A DNA stretch of 32,000 bases, from contig JAFVFD010000005.1 of assembly GCA_017475605.1 (NCBI GenBank), positions 210,001 through 242,000 on the forward strand, written 5' to 3'. Positions within the stretch are counted from its first letter, which is position 1. The number at the start of each line of letters is the position of its first letter. Source of the DNA: Alphaproteobacteria bacterium (GTDB lineage: Bacteria; Pseudomonadota; Alphaproteobacteria; Rs-D84). Under the pieces are notes generated by a model. That model did not search any database, was not told where the DNA came from, and worked only from the letters and a program-made list of their open reading frames with translations. Shown here piece after piece: positions 9,045 to 16,078 of this stretch. Position numbers and translations under genes: made by a program.

Positions 9045-9188
9045 TTATTTTGGCATTTGTCCGAAATGTGGTGGAACGATTAATTTATGGTTTTCTTCGA
9101 CGATTGGTTCTGTTTCGCATTTATGAACACAGCCAGCAACACCAACCGCAATTACAGCCAACAAAATAATTGATAGAAATTTTTTCAT
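9045..9188 (-). CDS. Small putative lipoprotein (47 aa)
   Basis: Below the track's size cut-off. The minus strand reads MKKFLSIILLAVIAVGVAGCVHKCETEPIVEENHKLIVPPHFGQMPK*, with a lipobox-like VAGC and a GGAAAGG SD upstream. No family recognised. Confidence 0.45.
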   Translation of the reverse strand: MKKFLSIILLAVIAVGVAGCVHKCETEPIVEENHKLIVPPHFGQMPK

Positions 9189-9212
9189 AGCCCTTTCCTT
9201 TTTATATCATTT

Positions 9213-9232
9213 GGGGCGCGAACACGCGCCCC
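9213..9232 (-). terminator. GC-rich hairpin downstream of thrS
   Basis: GGGGCGCG-AACA-CGCGCCCC, an 8-bp stem starting 9 nt after the thrS stop. The U-tract on the minus strand is poor; the T-run is on the plus strand. It may be a partial terminator or processing site. Confidence 0.4.
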
Positions 9233-9240
9233 AGTTTTTA

Positions 9241-10974
9241 TTACAACGGCATTTTTATCGCATCCGCCATTTCCGCAACGAACGCATCCAACGATTTTGT
9301 TTCTTGCTTTTCAACACCCAAACGGCGCAGGGTTACCATTTTATCGGCCGCCTCTTTATCACCAACAACGGCGATAATCGGTGTTTTTGCCAACGACAAT
9401 TCACGAATCTTGTAATTAACCTTTTCATCACGTAAATCGGCACGAACATATACACCCGCCGCACGCAATGCACTTACCACTTCATTCGCATAGTCTGCCT
9501 GCTTTTCGGAAATCGGGGTTACAACCACCGGTTCTGGCGACAACCACAATGGTAAATTACCACCCGTTGATTCCAGCAAGATTCCCATAAAGCGTTCAAT
9601 AGAACCCAACATTGCGCGATGTAACATAATCGGACGATGCTTTTCGCCATCTTCGCCAACATAGGACAAATCAAAACGTTCTGGCAGATTCATATCCAAC
9701 TGGACCGTTCCACACTGCCATACACGTCCCATAGAATCTTTAAGATAGTTATCTATCTTTGGACCATAAAACGCAGCATCCCCTTCGGCAATTTCATATT
9801 CAATACCGTTTGCATCCAGCGCATGCTTCAATGCACCTTCGGCCATGTCCCAAACCTCGTCAGAACCAATACGGAATTCAGAATTTGGACGCGTTGCCAA
9901 TTTCATTGAAATCTTATCAAAACCGAATTTGCCGTAAATATCCTTGATAAAGCGCAAGATTTTTACAACTTCCGTTTCCAACTGTTCTTCGGTACAGAAT
10001 ATATGTGCATCGTCCTGGGTAAATTCGCGAACTCGCATTAAACCAGATAATGCGCCTGCGGCCTCGTAACGATTCACCTTGCCGAATTCAGACAAATACA
10101 TCGGCAAATCTTTATATGATGTAATTCCATGACCAAACACCAACATGGCACCTGGGCATGACATCGGTTTTACACAGAACGTTTTTCCATCCTGGGTTTT
10201 GCCGGAATAATTGTGTGCGCCATATTTCGCCCAGTGGCCACTGCGTTCCCACAAACTGCGATCCATAACAGATGGTGTTGATATTTCCAAATAACCTGCG
10301 CGTTCCTGACGTGCACGGATATATTCAATTAAACGGCGATAAATCTTGTACCCCTTGTCGTGCCAGAACACTGCACCCGGCGCATAGTCCGGTTCAAAGT
10401 GGAACAGATCCATATCCTTGCCCAGTTTTCTGTTATCGCGTTGTGCGGCTTCTTCCTGCATCTTTAAAAATTGTTCCAGGTCTTCCTTGGTTAAAAACGC
10501 ATCAACATAGATACGTTGTAACATTTTGTTTTTGGAATCGCCCTTCCAATATGCACCCGCAACGTTGCGAATTTTAAACCCATCGCGTGGCAAATCTTTG
10601 GAACTTTCAACATGCGGACCGCGGCACAAATCTGTAAAATCGCGGAAAGAATACACCGACAGTTTTTCGCCCGCCGCATCATATTCGTTTAACCATTCCA
10701 TTTTATATGGCTGTGATGCGAATAATTCCTTGGCTTCGTCAAGTTCGACAAAACGTTGTTCGAATCGACCATTTGATTTAATAAGTTCGCGCATTTCCCG
10801 TTCGATTTTCGCAAAGTCTTCTTCGGAAAAACGATGTTCGGTGTCAAAATCGTAATAGAACCCGTTTTCAATTGCCGGGCCACCCGCGAATTTAACATCT
10901 GGGAATAATTTTTGGACCGCTGCCGCCATAACATGCGCCAACGAATGACGAACCGTTTCGATTGGATATGACAT
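9241..10974 (-). CDS. thrS: Threonine--tRNA ligase lacking the N-terminal TGS domain
   Basis: 577 aa, collinear with E. coli ThrRS from about residue 66 (RHSLAHVMAAAVQKLFP...GPAIENGFYYDFD). Also seen: DLCRGPH, MSCPG, FTQDDAHIFC, GPKID and the C-terminal anticodon-binding domain. Confidence 0.95.
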   Translation of the reverse strand: MSYPIETVRHSLAHVMAAAVQKLFPDVKFAGGPAIENGFYYDFDTEHRFSEEDFAKIEREMRELIKSNGRFEQRFVELDEAKELFASQPYKMEWLNEYDAAGEKLSVYSFRDFTDLCRGPHVESSKDLPRDGFKIRNVAGAYWKGDSKNKMLQRIYVDAFLTKEDLEQFLKMQEEAAQRDNRKLGKDMDLFHFEPDYAPGAVFWHDKGYKIYRRLIEYIRARQERAGYLEISTPSVMDRSLWERSGHWAKYGAHNYSGKTQDGKTFCVKPMSCPGAMLVFGHGITSYKDLPMYLSEFGKVNRYEAAGALSGLMRVREFTQDDAHIFCTEEQLETEVVKILRFIKDIYGKFGFDKISMKLATRPNSEFRIGSDEVWDMAEGALKHALDANGIEYEIAEGDAAFYGPKIDNYLKDSMGRVWQCGTVQLDMNLPERFDLSYVGEDGEKHRPIMLHRAMLGSIERFMGILLESTGGNLPLWLSPEPVVVTPISEKQADYANEVVSALRAAGVYVRADLRDEKVNYKIRELSLAKTPIIAVVGDKEAADKMVTLRRLGVEKQETKSLDAFVAEMADAIKMPL

Positions 10975-11026
10975 AATAAATACCTTCTTTTAATATTTGT
11001 TTGTTTATTTAATTTTTCGTTTTTTG

Positions 11027-11054
11027 ATTATAGCGCGCGCACATAAAAGCGCAA
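11027..11054 (-). promoter_or_regulatory. Candidate sigma70-type promoter for thrS (TTGCGC-16-TATAAT)
   Basis: On the minus strand, -35 TTGCGC is at 11054-11049, the spacer is 16 nt, and -10 TATAAT is at 11032-11027. The -10 lies about 50 nt upstream of the thrS ATG. Confidence 0.4.
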
Positions 11055-11130
11055 ATAGAAATTACACCCCCGCGGGGGTTGTAGTAGTTGTGGTTGTGAA
11101 AACAAACATATATTTATACATAGCCCATCT

Positions 11131-11158
11131 ATTATACGCAGTTTTTATTACGATGTAA
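11131..11158 (-). promoter_or_regulatory. Second candidate promoter in the thrS upstream region (TTACAT-16-TATAAT)
   Basis: On the minus strand, TTACAT is at 11158-11153, the spacer is 16 nt, and TATAAT is at 11136-11131. It sits immediately after the hlyIII terminator. Confidence 0.35.
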
Positions 11159-11160
11159 AG

Positions 11161-11186
11161 AAAAAACCGCCACATTGGCGGTTTTT
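11161..11186. terminator. Rho-independent terminator after the hlyIII-family gene (bidirectional shape)
   Basis: A6, then ACCGCCA-CAT-TGGCGGT, then T5. It begins 2 nt after the stop at 11188. Confidence 0.7.
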
Positions 11187-11187
11187 A

Positions 11188-11949
11188 TTACATTGGCAAT
11201 ATGGGGTAATCTATGATTGAACCATACAGCACCGCAAAGAAGAAACACACCGATCCCCCAATCACAAAAAGGTGCCAGATTGCATGACTGAACTTTAACC
11301 GACGCCATACATAGAATATAACCCCAATTGAATACGACAGCCCCCCCGCCAAAATAAAGGTCATACCGCGTGCGGAAATATGACTTATCATATATGGCAA
11401 AATAAACAGCAACGTCCAACCCATAACAAGATAAAGACCAACCGTCCATTTTGGTTGCTGATGCGGATTGCGAATTTTAATAATCGCACCAAATATTGTA
11501 ATCGCCCAGAGCAAACCAAACACACTCCACCCAACCGGTCCCCGACAATTAACCAACATAAACGGCGTGTATGTACCGGCAATCAAGGCATAGATGGCGA
11601 TATTATCCCAAACCTCGAAAAAGCATTCGCCACGATGTCCAATCAACGCATGGCACATTGTCGAACCCAAATACAGTGTAATCATTGTCGTTCCAAAAAT
11701 CGCACAGGACACAACCGCCCATGCATCGCCCGCAATCGCAGCATATACAACCAACAATACCAACCCCGCGATTGCCAGGCCAATTCCAATGCCGTGGGTT
11801 AAAATATTCAACGCCTCTTCCCCGCGGGTGCTGGGGCGTTCCCACCGAAACAGGCCCGTTGCACGCAAAGCCTTTAATATTTTGCACGCATGCGAATCGC
11901 ACTTTATTTCGCGCAATTTTTTCCGCACAACAGATTTTGATTTAGTCAT
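11188..11949 (-). CDS. Hemolysin III / PAQR-family membrane protein
   Basis: 253 aa and multi-pass. Motifs seen: EEALNILTHGIGIGLAIAG, STMCHAL, and the C-terminal HAIWHLFVIGGSVCFF, typical of HlyIII/YqfA. The ATG overlaps the gltX stop (GATGACTAA). Confidence 0.8.
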   Translation of the reverse strand: MTKSKSVVRKKLREIKCDSHACKILKALRATGLFRWERPSTRGEEALNILTHGIGIGLAIAGLVLLVVYAAIAGDAWAVVSCAIFGTTMITLYLGSTMCHALIGHRGECFFEVWDNIAIYALIAGTYTPFMLVNCRGPVGWSVFGLLWAITIFGAIIKIRNPHQQPKWTVGLYLVMGWTLLFILPYMISHISARGMTFILAGGLSYSIGVIFYVWRRLKFSHAIWHLFVIGGSVCFFFAVLYGSIIDYPILPM

Positions 11950-13534
11950 CTAATACCCCTTTTATTCTTTCCATTACCATATCCCCCCCCATAACCGTCA
12001 TTATGGAATAAAGGTCCGGTGTGTTTGTCCGCCCAGCCAGCGCAACCCGCAGGTTCATCGCGACATCGCCATTTTTAACACCAGTCTTTTCGGCAATTGC
12101 GACAATCTTATTCCACCATGTGTCTTTATCATCCGCCGGGTTGTAAGTTTCCAAAAATGCGCGCAATACATCCGTGTTATATTCGTAATCGGTTGCCGGC
12201 TGGAATAATTTATCCCAGAAAAACGCCACATTTTCCAATGTTTGATGCCACGTGATAAAATCTTTACGCACGCGTTTCGGGTTGTCGCGTTCAATGCCCA
12301 GCACCGCCGCCAAATATTTTTCATCTGCAACCTGCATTTTATTATCATCACTGCCATATTCATTTGCCCAGGATGCCACCCGCGCAACCAATTCATCAAC
12401 CGGCAACGAACCAATAAACTCTTTCGCCCACCATTCCAGTTTGTCCATATTGAATAACGCGCTGCTGGTTGGAATCTTTTTAACACGCAATGGATAATTC
12501 CATATCGTTGTGTCTGGCTTTTTATTTTTTTCTTCTTCAAAGCCGGCGGCAACAATATTAAACAAATAGTTCAACACGGCTTCCTGGGGATAACCATCTT
12601 GCAAATAATGCAATGTGTTTGCCTCGGGATCTGTGCGTTTAGACAATTTACGCGAATTGCCCGTTGTTTCATCCAATTTATTTATGGTTGCCACATGGAT
12701 ATATTCTGGTGCATTCCAACCCATCATTCTAAATAACTGCAAATGCAGGTTTAATGACGACAACCATTCTTCGCCGCGTTGTACCAATGTTGTCCGCATA
12801 AAGTGGTCATCACACAAATGCGCAAAATGGTATGTCGGCAATCCATCGTTTGATTTAATTAAAACAATATCTTCTTCGTTTTCTGGGAATACAAGACGAC
12901 CACGAACCTTGTCATTATAAATAACCTTGTTATCCTTGTTTCCTGTTGAATATAAACGAATCGATGGAACCTCGCCATTATCCAGATGTGCAATAATTTC
13001 ATCAGCGGTTAAATCACGGTCGCGTGCAAATTCGCCATATATACCGGTGGCAAAACCCGCCGCCTTTTGCCGTTCACGAATTTCATCCATTTCTTCTGCG
13101 GTTAAAAAGCATGGATATGCCAAGCCACGCGCCAACAATTCCGCCACTACCGAATGATAAACTTCTTTGCGCATTGACTGATAGTATGGACCATATTCGC
13201 CACCATTTTCTGGCCCCTCGTCTGGCAACAAATTAAACGCATGCGCACATTTTAAAATAACATCGACGGCACCGGCAACCTCGCGCTTGGTGTCTGTATC
13301 TTCGATACGCAACATAAATACCCCATCTGATTGACTTGCTAATTTTTTTGCAATCATCATTTGGTACAAAGTCCCCAAATGCATAAAGCCAGTGGGGCTT
13401 GGTGCAACACGCGTCACCATGGCGCCATCTGGTAAATTACGTGGCGGGAACTTTTCTTCCAATTCCGCAAGTGTATATTTCGGTGCCGCGCCCAACACAC
13501 GCGCAATTAAATCTTTATCTAAACCTTGTCTCAT
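11942..13534 (-). CDS. gltX: Glutamate--tRNA ligase
   Basis: Class I motifs seen: APSPTGFMHLGTLY (HIGH-type), RIEDTD, and KLSKR (KMSKS-type). The C-terminal LRVALAGRTNTPDLYSIMTVMG is typical of GluRS. The track start at 13540 is TTG; I prefer ATG at 13534 (MRQGLDKD). Confidence 0.9.
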   Translation of the reverse strand: MRQGLDKDLIARVLGAAPKYTLAELEEKFPPRNLPDGAMVTRVAPSPTGFMHLGTLYQMMIAKKLASQSDGVFMLRIEDTDTKREVAGAVDVILKCAHAFNLLPDEGPENGGEYGPYYQSMRKEVYHSVVAELLARGLAYPCFLTAEEMDEIRERQKAAGFATGIYGEFARDRDLTADEIIAHLDNGEVPSIRLYSTGNKDNKVIYNDKVRGRLVFPENEEDIVLIKSNDGLPTYHFAHLCDDHFMRTTLVQRGEEWLSSLNLHLQLFRMMGWNAPEYIHVATINKLDETTGNSRKLSKRTDPEANTLHYLQDGYPQEAVLNYLFNIVAAGFEEEKNKKPDTTIWNYPLRVKKIPTSSALFNMDKLEWWAKEFIGSLPVDELVARVASWANEYGSDDNKMQVADEKYLAAVLGIERDNPKRVRKDFITWHQTLENVAFFWDKLFQPATDYEYNTDVLRAFLETYNPADDKDTWWNKIVAIAEKTGVKNGDVAMNLRVALAGRTNTPDLYSIMTVMGGDMVMERIKGVLDD

Positions 13535-13568
13535 GTTCAAATACCTTGTTTTTATAACATTATGATTT

Positions 13569-13574
13569 TATACT
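13569..13574 (+). promoter_or_regulatory. Candidate -10 box (TATACT) placing the transcription start at the trmB ATG (leaderless)
   Basis: TATACT ends 7 nt before the A of ATG 13581. There is no SD in the intervening AAATAT. Confidence 0.35.
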
Positions 13575-13580
13575 AAATAT

Positions 13581-14216
13581 ATGCAAAATCAAGAAATACG
13601 AACTTTTGGCCGGCGACATGGCAAAAAACTTTCCGCACGCAAAGTGTGGCTGATGGATAATGTTTTGCCGGCAATTTTGCCAAAAAATATCAAAAAAGCC
13701 GGTAATCTTATTTTGGAAATCGGATTCGGCAATGGCGAACACGTGCGCGATTTGGCGCACAAATATCCCGATTCTGTTATTGTTGGTGCGGAACCATTTG
13801 CGAATGGGGTTGCGGCATTGCTTTCTGCAATATGCGATGAAAAAACAAACGAAGTAAAACCAGAATACAAAAACATTCGCATTTGGCCGGATGATGTGCG
13901 CGATTACCTGCGCGATACCGATTCGCAGTTTTCACAAATTTGGGTTCTGCATCCAGACCCATGGCCCAAAGCCAGACATGAAAAACGCCGATTGCTGAGC
14001 GCCGATTTTATAAAAATGTTGGCAACACACCTAGCACAACATGGGCAAATTATTATCGGCACAGACCACTGGGAATATTTCGATTGGATTTGTGAACAAG
14101 TAAAAACTACGGGCTTAAAATATTCAACACCCGATATCGAAACAATACATACCAGATACCAAGAAAAAAATATGGCTGAAACAGTCGCCCCCAAATACAT
14201 AATTATTGAAAAATAA
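13581..14216 (+). CDS. trmB: tRNA (guanine46-N7)-methyltransferase
   Basis: 211 aa. SAM motif LEIGFGNGEH, plus HPDPWPKARHEKRRL and GTDHWEY, as in TrmB. Confidence 0.9.
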   Translation: MQNQEIRTFGRRHGKKLSARKVWLMDNVLPAILPKNIKKAGNLILEIGFGNGEHVRDLAHKYPDSVIVGAEPFANGVAALLSAICDEKTNEVKPEYKNIRIWPDDVRDYLRDTDSQFSQIWVLHPDPWPKARHEKRRLLSADFIKMLATHLAQHGQIIIGTDHWEYFDWICEQVKTTGLKYSTPDIETIHTRYQEKNMAETVAPKYIIIEK

Positions 14217-14257
14217 AAAACGCGCTATATACACATTTACGCGGCATACATCGATTT

Positions 14258-14452
14258 TTACATACGTCTATTTCGTCGTGCGGTTGCAACCCGTCGCAGT
14301 TGAACCGGGTGCTTTGCCACCGGGTGTAATGCGACCCGATTATCACGAATCACATGGGTATTTGCCGGACGATATATTGGATAACGCACACACGCATTTG
14401 TAACGCATGGTACAAACAATAAAACCACTAAAATTATAAATCGTTGTAACAT
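14258..14452 (-). CDS. Possible small secreted Arg/Pro-rich peptide (hypothetical)
   Basis: 64 aa. A signal-like MLQRFIILVVLLFVPCVTNA is followed by a basic 44-aa tail (CVRYPIYRPANTHVIRDNRVALHPVAKHPVQLRRVATARRNRRM). It starts 5 nt after the stop of the upstream gene. The AAGGA sits too close to the ATG for an ideal SD. No family recognised, and it could be spurious. Confidence 0.3.
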   Translation of the reverse strand: MLQRFIILVVLLFVPCVTNACVRYPIYRPANTHVIRDNRVALHPVAKHPVQLRRVATARRNRRM

Positions 14453-14457
14453 TTCCT

Positions 14458-15132
14458 TTATCCATTATTAACCAAGAACAACATTTTTGACAGCATATTC
14501 GGACGCATTTGACCAACCAAACGGTAAAACTGATCTATGCGCGCAATATTTTCCCCCGACACAAAATATAATGCCCCATGCCAATCGCCCATATCAGTAT
14601 CCATCATTGAATAAACGCGTCCAACAAAGTCTGACTTGTCGCCATCATCATCTGATAAAAACAAGGTTAACGAATCGGCCCGCAATGTTCGCATGGTTTC
14701 AAACACCCTTGCCCAATCTGCCACATCTATTTCGTTTATATCCAGTCCCACAGAAAGAGTTTTATTAAAAAACAAATCATCACGAACAAAGGACATTTCC
14801 GATGCGAATTTGTCTAAATCACGAACACGCATAAATACAATTGCACCATCTGCACCGGCACGAAAAGACGCATTAACCCGCGTTGCAAAATCGGACATAA
14901 ATGCATCGTCTATATCAGATTTGATATAAAACCGACTAAATATTTTAACATTGGTATTTTCCAACCACGCCCACAATTGTTCTATTTCCGTTGGTGCGAC
15001 CACGACGGCATGTAATTGATTTGTAATGGCAACACCCGCCGCCGCCGCCAAATCAGCCCCCGAACAATCATCCCCACACCACAGTCCAAGGTTATCTTTT
15101 ACTTCGGTAAAAATCTCGTTTTGTTCAATCAT
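14458..15132 (-). CDS. Hypothetical protein (224 aa), function unknown
   Basis: A long clean ORF. Start set at ATG 15132 (MIEQNEIF). The track's TTG start at 15255 would overlap the divergent gene by 80 nt. There is only a weak by-eye resemblance to the strand/helix layout of DeoC-type class I aldolase barrels (RAGADGAIVFMRVRDL against AYGADEVDVVFPYRAL). Non-lysine residues sit where the Schiff-base lysines would be. This is not enough to name a family. Confidence 0.55.
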   Translation of the reverse strand: MIEQNEIFTEVKDNLGLWCGDDCSGADLAAAAGVAITNQLHAVVVAPTEIEQLWAWLENTNVKIFSRFYIKSDIDDAFMSDFATRVNASFRAGADGAIVFMRVRDLDKFASEMSFVRDDLFFNKTLSVGLDINEIDVADWARVFETMRTLRADSLTLFLSDDDGDKSDFVGRVYSMMDTDMGDWHGALYFVSGENIARIDQFYRLVGQMRPNMLSKMLFLVNNG

Positions 15133-15146
15133 TCTACTTTTTACTT

Positions 15147-15162
15147 TATCATAAATATGATA
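15147..15162. promoter_or_regulatory. Perfect 7-2-7 inverted repeat TATCATA-AA-TATGATA in a 43-nt divergent intergenic region; doubles as two extended -10 elements
   Basis: The palindrome is seen directly. The right arm plus flank reads TGATACAAT on the plus strand, with the hexamer ending 10 nt before ATG 15176. The left arm plus flank reads TGATAAAGT on the minus strand, with the hexamer ending 11 nt before ATG 15132. Confidence 0.5.
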
Positions 15163-15175
15163 CAATAAAAGACAA

Positions 15176-16078
15176 ATGAATAACAGAATAAATAACTTTT
15201 TAATTGGCTTGTTATGGCTGTTGGCATCAACATTGGCGGCGACCTTTTGGTTCAATGTGATGTATGGCTTTAATATTTTTTCTGTTCAGCATTGGCAGCA
15301 TTTGGCCTATATGCAGGCAATCGGTCAAACGGTGAAATTATCGTTCTATATTTCGTTGGTCGTAATAGTGATTATTGTAACATTCGGTTTTTATATTCTG
15401 TTACACCCACGATTCCGTCATATAACCATGCCTATTTTTGACAAAAACACCTCGCCAAAGCCGCATACCGCACCGGTTACACAACCAGTTTCGGTCCACG
15501 CGCCACAACCAACGCAAAAAACCGAAACGGCCCCCCAACCGACCGCAACAACCGCTTCGGCACCCGGCATTGTGCGCCCGCCACGCCTTAATATTCCAAC
15601 CGTTACACGTACCGAGGTTGTACCGCGCGTACCGTTGACATCGACACCAAAAGCGCGAATTGTTCCAGAAACAGAATATGCCGATATACGCGCCGCGTTT
15701 GAATCCGCTGGCTATGTGTTCAAGGGGACACCAAAAATCCGCGGTGTTCAAACCGCTATCATCGCAATCGGCACCGGCGAGGTTTTATGGATTGGTGCCG
15801 TCGGGGTCATGGCATCAGACATGCAACGCGCCGTTGAAACATTATCTGGTGTGTTTTCAGATACTTTGGACGATATCGAAATTAACATTAACGCGTTTAT
15901 TATTGCCCCTGTCGATTCAGTTGAAAACACCGGCATTTTATCATTTGAAACTGTAAATGATTTGCGCAATTATATAAGTGGTGTTCCAAATACGCCACCA
16001 AATGCAGACGACCAAGACAACTTTGATGCGTATTCTGGCTATATAGGAACAGTTGTTGATTATATAGGAAAAATCTAA
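15176..16078 (+). CDS. Hypothetical membrane protein: 2 TM helices + Pro/Thr-rich linker + globular C-terminal domain
   Basis: 300 aa. TM segments FLIGLLWLLASTLAATFWF and LSFYISLVVIVIIVTFGFYILL. The linker PKPHTAPVTQPVSVHAPQPTQKTETAPQPTATTASAP follows. The C-domain spans about residues 165-300 and no family was recognised. Confidence 0.6.
   Translation: MNNRINNFLIGLLWLLASTLAATFWFNVMYGFNIFSVQHWQHLAYMQAIGQTVKLSFYISLVVIVIIVTFGFYILLHPRFRHITMPIFDKNTSPKPHTAPVTQPVSVHAPQPTQKTETAPQPTATTASAPGIVRPPRLNIPTVTRTEVVPRVPLTSTPKARIVPETEYADIRAAFESAGYVFKGTPKIRGVQTAIIAIGTGEVLWIGAVGVMASDMQRAVETLSGVFSDTLDDIEININAFIIAPVDSVENTGILSFETVNDLRNYISGVPNTPPNADDQDNFDAYSGYIGTVVDYIGKI

Noticed and set aside
8412-9083. 223-aa Gly/Ala-rich ORF on the plus strand
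   Set aside because: It is exactly antisense to the Pro/Ala-rich linker of the SPOR gene, where CCN/GCN codons read as NGG/NGC on the other strand. It has no start context and the low-complexity product is a mirror artefact. The same applies to 8276-8698 and 8269-8694.
12055-12555. 166-aa alternative-frame minus-strand ORF within gltX
   Set aside because: It lies on the same strand but out of frame with a GluRS sequence that is conserved throughout this region. No independent start signal is visible.
14206-14403. 65-aa plus-strand ORF overlapping the trmB stop
   Set aside because: It starts inside trmB and has no SD and no signal or motif. The competing minus-strand small ORF has at least a signal-peptide-like N-terminus. 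Both remain uncertain.
15133-15255. N-terminal extension (TTG start at 15255) giving the 14458 gene a TM anchor
   Set aside because: It would overlap the divergent membrane-protein gene by 80 nt and uses TTG. The hydrophobic stretch is the antisense image of the other gene's TM helix. ATG 15132 sits at the right distance from a -10-like box. It cannot be fully excluded without N-terminal data.
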